From contig NW_026782333.1 of the NCBI RefSeq assembly GCF_031769215.1, forward strand, positions 744,001 to 808,000: 64,000 nt of DNA, written 5' to 3'. This document shows, one piece after another, positions 51,001 through 64,000 of the stretch. A program made the translations under genes and the position numbers. This stretch comes from Ylistrum balloti (lineage: Eukaryota). The notes beneath the pieces were generated by a model. It did no database searches and had not been told where the DNA came from. It was given only the letters and a program-made list of their open reading frames with translations. Numbering within the stretch: position 1 is the stretch's first letter; every line of letters begins with the position of its first letter.

Positions 51001-54000
51001 TTTAGCAAGTGTGCCTTTTATTTATTTGTTTATGTCCACTGTTACGGTCAGTTGACCTTTCAATGGATGAGTAGTTTGACTTATACTTACAAAGTCTTTA
51101 TGGGAACTGGTGGTATTGAGTCTCAACTAGCTGTGATGTTTGTTTTTCAGTTCATTGGCAACATTTTTCCTGAAATTATTTCACCAGAAGTCACTCTATC
51201 AAAATGTTATTCCATATTTGGTTATTTGTAATATGATTTGACCTTTTGACCCTGAATTTCATTACAGGCTGCTTCCTCCCATTGGTGGAATTTCCGACAC
51301 TTCCAGCACCATGCTAAACCTAACGTGTTGAGGAAGGACCCCGATGTTGATGTAGCGTATCTCTTCTTGCTGGGAGACTACGTCCCAAAGTCATGGGCAC
51401 AGAAGAAGAAAGGATTCATGCCATACCAATTACAGCACAGCTACTGGTTTTTAAGTAAGAAAAGATTTAAAAGTCCTCTTTCTACAATAACTCGTGTCAT
51501 GTTCCTTGGTTTACATATACTTTAAACATAGTGTTTTACTATTAGTTAATGGTAATCCCCTTGGTTTGAAATTCTGATATCTGTCTCTGGATAAAGATAT
51601 GAAGAAAGTTTGGTGGTGTTTGAGAATTGCTGATTCCATAAAAAAACAACATTTCTAAGCTGCCTGAGAAAAATCAATTTCAATTTTCAAAAATTCAATA
51701 TAGAAAGGGATTTTTTTTTAATAATGATTGCTTGCTTTGGACACTGACTGCATTAGCACTGCATGTTGATTAAGAAATGGTCTTGGAAGGACAAAACAGC
51801 TGAATTATATAATTTAATTCATTATTTGGCTCTACTGTATCTAACTCTGAATTTGCATGGAAAAATGAGATGTTTATAATAATCAATAACACAATTTGTC
51901 AGAATATCTATGTTGTTTAATTTTTGAAAATGATAGTCTTTCCTGTAGTAAGTGAAATCAGACACAATGCATGTATATGTACTTAAAGGGATATTCTGCA
52001 CAAGTTCGGATTTCATAAGATGCTTTTGAAGAAAATTGTACAAAATTGTCTACAAGGTACTAATGTACTTATGGAAATTGTACACCTTAGTTTACCATTG
52101 AAATAAACATATTTAATTTGCAGAAATTCATTATAGATCTAGGTAGATTGATTATCAAATATTCATGCAGCTCTGATTGCATTGTAATAGGTATGCATTG
52201 TTATTAGCAGAACAGAATAAAATAATTGTGTAAATTATAAAATCAACAGAAAATAAGCCAAATGGAGTAATGAAATTGTAATCTCAGCAGAAAGTTTAGT
52301 GAACAGAACACACACCTGTGTATTTACTGAACACTCTGTATCTCTGATCCAGTGATCTGTCAGTTCCAGATTTCCTTACCTGTATGTTGACAGTTGAATT
52401 TGTATTGGATGGCAGTATTCCTACCAATCTCACCTATCCAAATTGACCACAGGAGAGATATTTCGATGCTAACGATAGTTATACAAGTCATAAGAATGAT
52501 TTCTTAAAAGGCAATGCCAAAAATTTGGCAGCTTGGGTTGAATATCACTGCAAAAGTTGACAAATTCACAAATATTAAGTCTTTTAGACAGGGTGGGTCA
52601 GGAATTGGAAACACAAATATTTTTTCTTTGTCTGCTTATTCAACGCTTTGATGATGTTCATAATGAAATCAAATTTTGTTGTAAATGCCTTCAGTAAAAA
52701 TTGTACATAATGTTATCAAACAAGTTTTTATGTCATCCAACAGTACAGTTTTTTCTGCTTTTGAAACTTTTTATGGAGTCAAAGCAAAAAAAATCAAGAC
52801 AAACTATCCTGCAGAAAAAAAAACTTGAATATTGAACTCTGTAAATTTCAAATATAATTTTGGCTAATAAGCAGAAAACTGTGTATATTTGACTGAGTTC
52901 ATATACCGCTATATAATCGCTAGTAACTCTGTCTTGTTTCAATGCAGAGTAATCTGCCTTAGTAAGCAATTATTGGTAGTTACCTTATTAGTTTGTAAGA
53001 GGAAATTCCGTCCATTTTAACAAAATAATGATGTCAGTCTCACAAACAAATGGCATAACAATTGATACTGGCTCACAAGGGCAGATAACTATGGATTCAG
53101 AAAAGCGTACATAGAACACAGTATAAAGAGAGTGTATATATTTTCTCTTTAGTTGGACCCCCACTGCTTCTTCCCATCTACTTCCACATTGAGAACCTAA
53201 TGTTTGTCTTCAAGAGGAGAGATTGGATGGTAAGTGTTTTGACCAGTATGCCAACTGTTTACTCTATCTTTCTTTTCATCTTAAGACACAAATACTGATG
53301 TTGTTGTGTTAGTGGTAGTTGAATACATTTTTCCCCTGACATAAGTAAAATATGCGCCTTCTGACATCTGCCCCATTTTGCTCTGTCTACATACCCTTAC
53401 GAAACCTTCCCTACTTCAGCATACCAACACCAACTCCTCCCACACTCCCCCTCCCCCCACACTCCCCCTCCCCCCACCTCTTCCTATGATTTAGTTCTTT
53501 ATACACTTGCTAACCTTTCTTTCTGTAAGCACTTTTAGAAGCATTGTTGTGTTGAATATCTGGACCTCAGAAATATTGTGTAGAACAAAATGACAGATAA
53601 AACATTATCATTTCTGATAAAGAAATTAATGCTTAGAAAATATTGTATTTAGTGAAAAAAATGATATTCTTTTCCCCATATTAAAATTCCATGGTATATT
53701 TGGGTCCATGAATCTGTAATTTTGCCCTGACCTAGATTCCAAAGTTTTGATCTCCTCAGAGTTTTTCTACTCTATGTTCCAAATGTTATTAGTTCGTTTG
53801 TTTCAAATTTACCCCTCCCTCCACCCACTGCCTAGCATCCATTTCTCACCTTATATTTGAAAAGGTTTTGAAATATAACAAACATAGAATATTAATGAAT
53901 TTCATTGTGTAACATGGATAAATATATATATGTTAATCAGCATGACAGTGTTGTAGATACATGAAGGTTTTTACTTACATACAAAGTTGTGTGATTAGAC

Positions 54001-56426
54001 TTGTATTAAATTTTATTTCTGTTACAGGATCTTGGAGTGACAATTACATTCTTCTTTCGCTGGTTTTATATTTTTGGTCCAATCTTCGGTGGATGGGGTG
54101 TATTTGGCCTGTATATGTTTGTGAGGTAATTTTTTTTCCTTTTTTTAAAAATTATTTTGTGTTTGTAAAATAAGTGAATGTGAAAATTGATTGGTGCTAT
54201 TATGCCACAAAACTGATGGACTTCTTGTTAGGATCATACACATGAACTGTATATAAATTAATGCATAACAAGTAATGATGAAAAAATGTTAACAGATTTT
54301 CTGCGTCTATATCATGTCAAATTTCTTACTATGTTTATCAATACATTAGATGAATTTTGTTCAAGTGTAAAAAAAATGATATCAGCATCAATCAGGACTC
54401 TCCAAATCCTGTCTAAATTTCACTAAGTGATTTCTCAGGCTAAAACTTGATAAAGCTATGATCTCAGACTTTTTGTAACTTACTGTCATTTATGATACTG
54501 AAAAAGATTGCACTGCAGAAATGATTAAAGAACAGCAAGAAGGTTGAAGCACTTAACTGATATCTCTTTATGATTTGTGGTTGTGCAGGTTCTTGGAAAG
54601 TCACTGGTTTACCTGGGTGACTCAGATGAGTCATATTCCAATGAAGATCGCCCATGATGATAAAATGGACTGGTTCTCTCTTCAACTAGCCACCACATGT
54701 AATGTGGAACCAGGTTATTTCAATGACTGGTTTACTGGGCACCTTAACTACCAAATAGAGCACCAGTAAGTTGTTTCTCTCTTAATCTCTTTCTTTCCAT
54801 CATCTGACAACTTTAACATAAGTCAGAACTGGTGATTTGATACAGATACTGTTTGTCAAAACTACACAGCTTTAAAAAATATACAGGTATTCAAATGATT
54901 TTGCTTTATATTCATCAGGTGAGTAGACTTATTTAGATGTTTCTTCTTGTACGTTTTTGTCTATCTTATGATTTACTTTTTATTTATACCCACCAGGCAA
55001 AAAGAAGAGTAACTTTATAAGTTTGTTTAGTTCATTTTCAAGTGTATTAGGAAATGAGAGTTTGAGGAGTTAAACATAAGGGTGAGACAGAAATATATCA
55101 GGAAATGGGAATTGTAAAGGTAAACATAAGGGTGAGACAGAAATATATCAGGAAATGGGAATTGTAAAGGTAAACATAAGGGTAAGACAGAAATATATCA
55201 GGAAATGGGAATTGTAAAGGTAAACATAAGGGTGAGACAGAAATATATCAGGAAATGGGAATTGTAGAGGTAAACATAAGGGTAAGACAGAAATATATCA
55301 GGAAATGGGAATTGTAAAGGTAAACATAAGGGTGAGACAGAAATATATCAGGAAATGGGAATTGTAGAGGTAAACATAAGGGTGAGACAGAAATATATCA
55401 GGAAATGGGAATTGGAGAGGTAAACATAAGGGTGAGACAGAAATATATCAGGAAATGGGAATTGGAGAGGTAAACATAAGGATAAGACAGAAATATATCA
55501 GGAAATGGGAATTGGAGAGGTAAACATAAGGGTGAGACAGAAATATATCAGGAAATGGGAATTGGAGAGGTAAACATATGGATAAGACAGAAATATATCA
55601 GGAAATGGGAATTGGAGAGGTAAACATAAGGGTGAGACAGAAATATATCAGGAAATGGGAATTGGAGAGGTAAACATAAGGATAAGACAGAAATATATCA
55701 GGAAATGGGAATTGGAGAGGTAAACATAAGGATAAGACAGAAATATATCAGGAAATGGGAATTGAAGGAGATAAACATAAAGGTAAGACAGCCAGTTGTG
55801 AAAATATTTTCAGAAAACATCGTTATCTTGTTATTTGGAATGTCCCCAAAGTTGCTGTTGCTGATGTTTTGTATGTACATTGTAAGATCTGTAAACAAAT
55901 GTCTATAAAACAAATATCAAAGTTGGAATAAATTTTTTCAGTCTGTTTCCCACCATGCCAAGACACAATCTACACAAGATAGTGCCACACGTTCGAGCAA
56001 TCTGCAAAAAACACAACATACCATACCGGTGTAAATCTTTGTATGGGGCATTTGCTGACATCGTACAGTAAGTATACTATACCTGCATGGTATTTTGAAA
56101 AGTAAATGTTTGTAGAAAGATATGATTTTATCAAGATATTCTCCAGGTGTAAAGAAATTCTCTAGTGATTTAAAAATTCAACGTTTCTGACTTTAATGAT
56201 CCAAATACATTTAGTCTAGTGTTGTTTTGCATTATTTCATACAATGATTTTGTTCGAGAGCAAGAATATGTTTGTTCAATTTTGAACTTTTCATTTATGA
56301 TGAAACATGACAGTGTTAGACAAATTCTAATGTCAATTCATGCGTTTTAATACATTTGATGTTATCTTTTTCAGCTCTTTAAAGAGATCTGGTGATATTT
56401 GGTATGAAGCCCGGTTTGAAGGTTAG
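48030..56426 (+). CDS. FADS2: Front-end fatty acyl desaturase (FADS1/2-like), complete, 436 aa
   Basis: Exons 48030-48233, 49387-49476, 49719-49916, 50486-50587, 51268-51454, 53153-53229, 54028-54125, 54589-54765, 55942-56067, 56375-56426 (1311 nt, all GT-AG, phases consistent). It has an N-terminal cytochrome b5 domain with HPGG and His boxes HDYGH, HFQHH and QIEHH, ending LFPTMPRHN...WYEARFEG*. The symbol denotes family similarity, not one-to-one orthology. Confidence 0.97.
48316..48472. mobile_element. Palindromic MITE-like foldback element in Fads intron 1
   Basis: The left arm cattg...cccgtttgggattcctccctgggactcatttatatcgcacgttttacaat pairs with the right arm attgtcgaacgtgcagtataaagaagtcctaaggagcaatcccaaaacgg...caatg; ~70-bp imperfect arms and a short loop. 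Confidence 0.7.
55071..55790. repeat. 50-bp minisatellite, ~14 copies, in Fads intron 8
   Basis: Unit taaacataagggtgagacagaaatatatcaggaaatgggaattgtaaagg with exact 50-bp period; gradual gtaa>ggag drift along the array. Confidence 0.96.
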
Positions 56427-59400
56427 ATAATACTAACTCTAGGTACTGTGATTCAAAGTCCCTCTCTGTCTTGGCTTGTACTATCAGTTTTGTTTGTGAT
56501 ATTGCATAATTCAGACTTTTTACTGAAGACAATGTTTCTACTGTTTACAGTGAGCAATGAAGTGTTGACTTAATGAATTATGAATGTTTGGTCAGACTTA
56601 TAAAGTCTTCCAATGATGGAACATGGCTTATAATCTTTTACATTTGAATTTTGAAAAAGGTTAGCCAATCTGAACAGAATTAACCCATTGCATTAAAAAG
56701 CTGAAACTGTGATGTTTATATACTTTTTTTCTATGAAATAAGAGGTAATTTAGGACCTTTCAATATTTTTCTATTTCCATGCAAAATGTTCCTTTTTTGA
56801 AAAATTGAGAGAGATAAGCAAGAATAACATGCTGAATCTACCTAGATTATCAGAATACCTGCACAATCTGTACACCTGTGTATTGTGTAATGTGTAATAA
56901 AAAGTTTTATCTAAGCATCTGATTTGACCAATTCGGAAAATTATAATAAACCAGTGCGAGTATTCTTTGTTTCTTCTTTAAGTTAAAAATACAATTTTTA
57001 ACTCATAATATATATTTGTGTATTGATATATTAAGATGTATTGTATTTTAATTACCTTTAAAAAAAGTCTGTTTTCAATCTATAATCACAATTTGACAAA
57101 AGTATGTCTTGAGTGCTTTATATTCAATCTTATATTTCTAACTTGTTTTATATATCTGAGATAAAATTACATATGATACACGTCTTGATACAGAGTTGTT
57201 GTAAGCAAATATCATGATTTTGTGAATGCGAAAGTATCTGTCCAAATGTCCAAGCTGCATTTTTGTAAAATTTTACCTATCTATTTTTTTGGCATCATAT
57301 TTCTTTTGTCGGTGATTATTTCTAGTCTTGTGATCTTGTATACTACTATATATAATCTTAATATATTTTCCCATTATATGTTACGATGTGAAATTTACAG
57401 TATTAATTGCAATAATAAGCCGATAAGTACCGGGTATGTTGTTTTAAGTATTTTTATGTCCCTTTAAGTGCATTGTACTTAGAAAAATAAAAACATGATA
57501 TTAAAATTCTGAATCAAATTAAGGGTATATGCTACCTTACTAGTGATAAATGTGATTTGTACCTGAGTAATCTCCCTTGATTTGTTTCAATTACAAACGA
57601 AGCATTATTTTATACTGTAAGTGATCAATATATGTACACTTGGTTACCATTCAAATGTTTCACATCAAATAAACAATTAAGAGTTAAGTAGTTAATCACA
57701 ATAAGCTTGAGATAAGATAATTTCTATTAATTAAAAACGACTATATTGCACGAAGTTTGTGACTGATCAGCACCAATGTAACATTTTATACTGGTAGTTA
57801 TTTAAAGTATTGGTGTTGGTTCTACTGCAAGATCAAATAGATAATTGAATCCACATCAATTATTAAATGTAACTTGGTAAAAAGGTTTTCCTGGAATTTT
57901 CTTGGTTAGGAAATTTTTGCCGAAATAAGGAAGCATATAACCTTTGATCATTTATTGCAGAAAGTAAAAGCAAAGTTACTTGCCTATGCGCTCAACAAGA
58001 ATGTTTGTGTTATATATTTATGTAATTGATGATGTGTAATTGAATTTGTGAATGTTAAGTAATAATTATTGAGTAAACTTTACTGGTATACTATATACCA
58101 GGGCTGTTTTCATTTATCGGTTATTCATTTATGAATTAAGGGCAGACCTACTTATCTTGTTTTGCTTTCAGGTGAACTTTGACTAAGCCTTTCTAGGCCT
58201 GTATCAGATTTGTCCTAGTTTATGCCTGAAATGTTTCGGCCCTAGATGTTCGGGTCATACTGAATACTCCTTGTTTGTTTTAAATCATATGTCATTAAGA
58301 TCCATGTTTTGTCATTGTTTAGTTAAACATAACATCTAATCCCATGTCAGTATGGTGTACATATAATGAACTATCAGGACAACACTGTGCCTTGTTTATT
58401 TTTTCTACTGATTTCATGTAGCAAAATGTTTTGATCCAATTGTCTATATCATCTTTTCATTATTAAGATGTTTGAAATTGTTTGGTTATAAATATGATAT
58501 GAAGGTGTGATTCTAACACAAGGACCATAATTAATACAGGATCTTACATGAATTTCCATTTGATATGTTAATTTATAAGATCAGTTGAAGGTTTTCTCCT
58601 TTTGGCAAGCTGGAGTGAAGAAAATCATAATGGGTTCCTTGATCACATAACAAATGGAAAGAAGTTGAAGATCTTTTTTATGTCATGACTGAGTCTTTAA
58701 TAAAACATTTCTGCTCTTTATTGATGGTCTCCATTGTTATGTCACAGTGTCACCTGTGAATGTTTGACATTGTATTGTTATTTAAAGTGACGTCATAAAG
58801 CTATCTTACAAAAATGTAAAGCACAAAAGTATGATATAGGTATATTCACTGAATAACAAGGCTATCATGTGATAAAAATATCTAACATCAGGTTTTTATT
58901 TCATAAATTTGTGATACCGGTTTATAAATCTCAGTTGGAAATGTAGTCAGAATTTCTTCCAAATAAACTTCCTCTCAGGCTTATTAGAAATCAGAAATGT
59001 GATTTTTTTAAATGTATGTTTTTTTACAACATGATGAACTAATGCTATGATTTCATGAATTTTATTTATGATGCTTAAGTTTAAATTAAAACAGTCTTTC
59101 GCTGTTTCTCTAAGTGTCATTAAATGTGTGCCTTTGTTTTAAAGACATGGAATTTATATACTTTATTTTTATAATAAGTAGACTAGTATTTAAAAAAATA
59201 AGTTTAATGCTGGAACTCATTATTTTATAAACATCATTTTTATTAAATGCATTACATATATACCTGATATACTGAAATTTCTAACAAAAATATGTATAAT
59301 CCTGTAGTGTAGAGGAGCCTTTTCATAAGTCAACAACAGGTGGTTATGTACACTATCTAGCCTTTTTCTACACACATTTTCTATGTAGTCAATATTTGTG

Positions 59401-60289
59401 GGCTGATTTTTATCTCCCCATTGAACAGGGTCAGAGTAATCAAGGTTTTGCACTACTGAACTTTGATCTGCAGATAATGAAAAAGACACTTTTTAAGTTT
59501 TTAGTAACTTTATTTTACATAATGTAATGACATCATCATTGAAGATGTGTTTAAACATGTTTTTTTTTTACATTTCTTTGAAATATTTTTTTTTCACAGT
59601 GTGAAGTGTGAAAATTAAGATTTTTCTTCAAGGTACATAGTCAATATACATTGTAATACATTTTTGATATGAGATGTAGTAAATGACAATAGAATGATTG
59701 AAATATATTGACAAATGATTTCTAGCAGAACTGATTAAAATAACTCATTTTCATTTCAAAATATCAACTTAACATGTAAGTGTGTAACTATCTACAGAAA
59801 GATATGAAAACAATCTATTTAAATCAAGTTTATTTCAAAACGAAAAAAAAAAAAATCAAAGTTTAAGTCCTTTTTCTAAGTCTGTTTCTGTTGAATATCA
59901 AAAGCACGCTGTAATTATGAAATTTAAAAAGATATCATAATATTGAAAGTACAGGCTCCGAAAATTGGAAGCATAATTGATGTGAATGCCATTTGAGATT
60001 TGAAGAATGCACTGAACAAGTCGTTGTATATACAGCACTTAACCGTCAGATTTTTCATCTTCTCACAAAAGAGATAAATCAGTGATTTGTGTTATGCAAT
60101 TATTCTTTTCATTTCAGTATTGCTAGAATCTATCCTTCGTATTTGAGTTTTTTTTTTAATTTTAAAATATATTTGATATATTGTCATATTTTTTTGCAAT
60201 AAAATTTAACAGATCGAACCATTTTGATGTTATCATTACATAATGTGTGATTCAGTTTTGGTGTATTGGTAGTGTACGCTATGGTAATA

Positions 60290-62100
60290 CCTTGTCGGCG
60301 TGTTGTTAGTCTTAAAAAATTATGACGAAGGTGTGCTAAAGTTATCTCTTCTTAGCGTGGTAGTCCTGAAAATTTTGACTAACGTACGCTATAGGAATCT
60401 CTTGTCGATATGCCCGTCTTGTCAAGCTCTGACTTACGTAAATGCTAAAGTTACCTCTTGTTGGTGTGTGTGTTGGTTCGGTGTGTTAGTCCTATAAAAA
60501 AAGCTAAGGGAAATGCTTAAGTTATCTCTTAAGGTAAATACTAAGGTAAATTAAAGTTATCTCTTATCGGTGTGTTAGTCTCTGTAAAAGCTCGGTGTGT
60601 GACTAAGGTAAATGCTAAAGTTATCTCTTATCGGTGTGTTAGTTCTGAAAAGCTCGGACTAAGGTAAATGCTTCAGCTGTCTCTTATCGGTGTGTTAGTT
60701 CTGAAAAGCTCGGACTTGGGGAAATGCTTAAGTTATCTCTTATCGGTGTGTTAGTCCTGTAAAGCTCTGACTAAGGTAAATGCTAAAGTTACCTCTTGTC
60801 GGTGTGTTAGTCCTGTAAAGCTCTGACTAAGGTAAATGCTAAAGTTACCTCTTGTCGGTGTGTTAGTCCTGAAAATTATGAATAACGAACGCTTAAGTTA
60901 TTTCTTGTTGGTGTGTTAGTCCTATAAAAAATCTGACTAAGGGAAATGCTTAAGTTATCTCTTATCGGTGTGTTAGTTCTGAAAAGCTCTGACTAAGGTA
61001 AATACTTAAGTTATCTCTTATCGGTGTGTTAGTCCTGAAAAGCTCTGACTAAGGTAAATACTTAAGTTATCTCTTATCGGTGTGTTAGTCCTGTAAAGCT
61101 CTGACTAAGGTAAATACTTAAGTTATCTCTTATCGGTGTGTTAGTTCTGAAAAGCTCTGACTAAGGGAAATGCTTAAGTTATCTCTTATCGGTGTGTTAG
61201 TTCTGAAAAGCTCTGACTAAGGTAAATGCTTCAGCTGTCTCTTATCGGTGTGTTAGTTCTGAAAAGCTCTGACTTGGGGAAATGCATAAGTTGTCTCTTA
61301 TCGGTGTGTTAGTTCTGAAAAGCTCTGACTAAGGGAAATGCTTAAGTTGTCTCTTATCGGTGTGTTAGTTCTGAAAAGCTCGGATTTAGGGAAATGCTAA
61401 AGTTATCTCTTATCGGTGTGTTAGTTCTGAAAAGTATGAATAACGAACGCTTAAAGTTATTTCTTGTCGGTGGTGTGTTAGTCAGCTATCGGTGTGTTAA
61501 AAAATCTGACTAAGGGAAATGCTTAAGTTATCTCATATCGGTGTGTTAGTTCTGAAAAGCTCTGACTTGGGGAAATGCTTAAGTTATCTCTTATCGGTGT
61601 GTTAGTCCTGAAAAGCTCTGACTAAGGTAAATGCTTCAGTTGTCTCTTATCGGTGTGTTAATTCTGAAAAGCTCGGATTTAGGGAAATGCTTAAGTTATC
61701 TCTTATCGGTGTGTTAGTTCTGAAAAGCTCTGACTAAGGGAAATGCTTAAGTTATCTCTTATCGGTGTGTTAGTTCTGAAAAGCTCTGACTAAGGTAAAT
61801 GCTTCAGCTGTCTCTTATCGGTGTGTTAATTCTGAAAAGCTCTGACTAAGGGAAATGCTTAAGTTATCTCTTATCGGTGTGTTAGTTCTGAAAAGCTCTG
61901 ACTAAGGTAAATGCTTAATTATCTTTTATCGGTGCGTTAATTCTGAAAAGCTCGGATTTAGGGAAATGCTAAAGTTATCTCTTATCGGTGTGTTAGTTCT
62001 GAAAAGCTCTGACTAAGGTAAATGCTTCAGCTGTCTCTTATCGGTGTGCTAGTTCTGAAAAGCTCTGACTAAGGTTAATGCTTAAGTTATCAGTTGTTGG
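60290..62100. repeat. 56-bp satellite array, ~30 copies (subfamily 1)
   Basis: Unit gactaaggtaaatgcttaagttatctcttatcggtgtgttagttctgaaaagctct; degenerate left edge. Confidence 0.95.
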
Positions 62101-62379
62101 TTTGATGGTCCTGAAATGTTTTGAGTCGGGTACACTATAGTATTGTCTTGACGCTTTGAAATTAGTTAAAAATTCTGATTACTTGCTGATGACTTCACTC
62201 TGAAAAGCTTTGACGAAGGTACATTAATCTCTTGTCGGCGTCTTAGCCCTGTAAAGTTCTGACTAAAGAATACAATGTGTATATGCTATAGAAATCCATT
62301 GAAAACGTTTGACTCAGGTACACTATAGTTATCCCTTGACGGTTTGAAAGCAATGCAAACGTTCTGATTAAGGTATTTT

Positions 62380-63830
62380 ATGGTAATCTCTTGTCGGTGT
62401 TAGTCCTCAAACGTTCTGACTAAGGTATGTTATGTTAATCTCTTGTCGGTGTTAGTCCTCAAACGTTCTGACTAAGGTATGTTACGGTAATCTCTTGTCG
62501 GTGTTAGTCCTCAAACGTTCTGACTAAGGTATGTTACGGTAATCTCTTGTCGGTGTTAGTCCTCAAACGTTCTGACTAAGGTATGTTACGGTAATCTCTT
62601 GTCGGTGTTAGTCCTCAAACGTTCTGACTAAGGTATGTTACGGTAATCTCTTGTCGGTGTTAGTCCTCAAACGTTCTGACTAAGGTATGTTACGGTAATC
62701 TCTTGTCGGTGTTAGTCCTCAAACGTTCTGACTAAGGTATTTTATGGTAATCTCATGTCGGTGTTAGTCCTCAAAAGTTCTGACTAAGGTATTTTATGGT
62801 AATCTCTTGTCGGTGTTAGTCCTCAAACGTTCTGACTAAGGTATGTTACGGTAATCTCTTGTCGGTGTTAGTCCTCAAAAGTTCTGACTAAGGTATGTTA
62901 TGGTAATCTCTTGTCGGTGTTAGTCCTCAAACGTTCTGACTAAGGTATGTTACGGTAATCTCTTGTCGGTGTTAGTCCTCAAAAGTTCTGACTAAGGTAT
63001 TTAATGGTAATCTCTTGTCGGTGCTAGTCCTCAAACGTTCTGATTAAGGTATGTTACGGTAATCTCTTGTCGGTGTTAGTCCTCAAAATTTCTGACTAAG
63101 GTATGTTATGGTAATCTCTTGTCGGTGTTAGTCCTCAAACGTTCTGACTAAGGTATGTTACGGTAATCTCTTGTCGGTGTTAGTCCTCAAAAGTTCTGAT
63201 TAAGGTATGTTATGGTAATCTCTTGTCGGTGTTAGTCCTCAAAAGTTCTGACTAAGGTATGTTATGGTAATCTCTTGTCGGTGTTAGTCCTCAAAAGTTC
63301 TGACTAAGGTATGTTACGGTAATCTCTTGTCGGTGTTAGTCCTCAAAAGTTCTGACTAAGGTATGTTAGGTATGTTATGGTAATCTCTTGTCGGTGTTAG
63401 TCCTCAAAAGTTCTGACTAAGGTATGTTACGGTAATCTCTTGTCGGTGTTAGTCCTCAAAAGTTCTGACTAAGGTATTTTATGGTAATCTCTTGTCGGTG
63501 TTAGTCCTCAAAAGTTCTGACTAAGGTATTTAATGGTAATCTCTTGTCGGTGTTAGTCCTCAAAAGTTCTGATTAAGGTATGTTATGGTAATCTCTTGTC
63601 GGTGTTAGTCCTCAAAAGTTCTGACTAAGGTATGTTATGGTAATCTCTTGTCGGTGTTAGTCCTCAAACGTTCTGATCAAGGTATGTTACGGTAATCTCT
63701 TGTCGGTGTTAGTCCTCAAACGTTCTGACTAAGGTATGTTATGGTAATCTCTTGTCGGTGTTAGTCCTCAAAAGTTCTGACTAAGGTATGTTATGGTAAT
63801 CTCTTGTCGGTGTTAGTCCTCAAAAGTTTT
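62380..63830. repeat. 52-bp satellite array, ~28 copies (subfamily 2)
   Basis: Unit ttctgactaaggtatgttacggtaatctcttgtcggtgttagtcctcaaacg; more homogeneous than subfamily 1 and related to it. Confidence 0.96.
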
Positions 63831-64000
63831 GAATGAGGTATGCTGTGGTAATTCCTTGTTGGTGGGTAAGCCCTGAAAAGTTATATCGAAGGTTCGCTAT
63901 AGTAATCTCTTTTCGTCGTGTTAGGCCTGGAAACTGAATAAGATATGCTATGAAAATAAAAGTAGATTTTTTTTCTTTGATGTGACAACAGTGATGATTT

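Noticed and set aside
55071-55790. Donor-like GTAAAC/GTGAGA/GTAAGA words in the Fads intron-8 repeat as a second splice-decoy array
   Set aside because: The unit is not homologous to an exon junction, lies 300 nt inside the intron and lacks a pyrimidine-rich acceptor to define a cryptic exon.
8501-63830. Tandem arrays as CRISPR-like loci
   Set aside because: Units are contiguous with no unique spacers, the context is eukaryotic and spliced, and there are no cas-like ORFs.
23023-63830. Shared ctgact(a/t)a word among the 34/35-, 39-, 56- and 52-bp repeats suggesting common origin
   Set aside because: Only 6-8 bp are shared outside the 56/52 pair, and the 39-bp unit is explained by the temptin splice junction.

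Overview
AT-rich, intron-rich animal genomic DNA, most consistent with a mollusc and probably a bivalve (inferred from gene content and repeat types, not proven). I reconstructed four spliced genes by hand using GT-AG boundaries and phase continuity. (1) The 3' eight coding exons of a MEKK2/3-type MAP3K (+, 1050-6103). (2, 3) Two complete, tandem three-exon temptin-like secreted-protein genes on the minus strand: B at 18859-32130 with a 12.1-kb first intron, and A at 35463-39055. (4) A complete 10-exon, 436-aa front-end fatty acyl desaturase (+, 48030-56426). The temptin interval (about 17-46 kb) is packed with decayed mobile elements: DIRS-like, three LINE fragments, Penelope-like, ISL2EU/Harbinger-type and a HINE-like element. 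There are about ten minisatellite/satellite arrays. Most entries in the ORF track are spurious, repeat-derived or single exons. I cannot support a wholly new biological system. The best candidates for follow-up are an array of duplicated 5' splice sites at the temptin-A exon-2 junction, the temptin paralog pair itself, and a minisatellite born in-frame from LINE reverse-transcriptase sequence.
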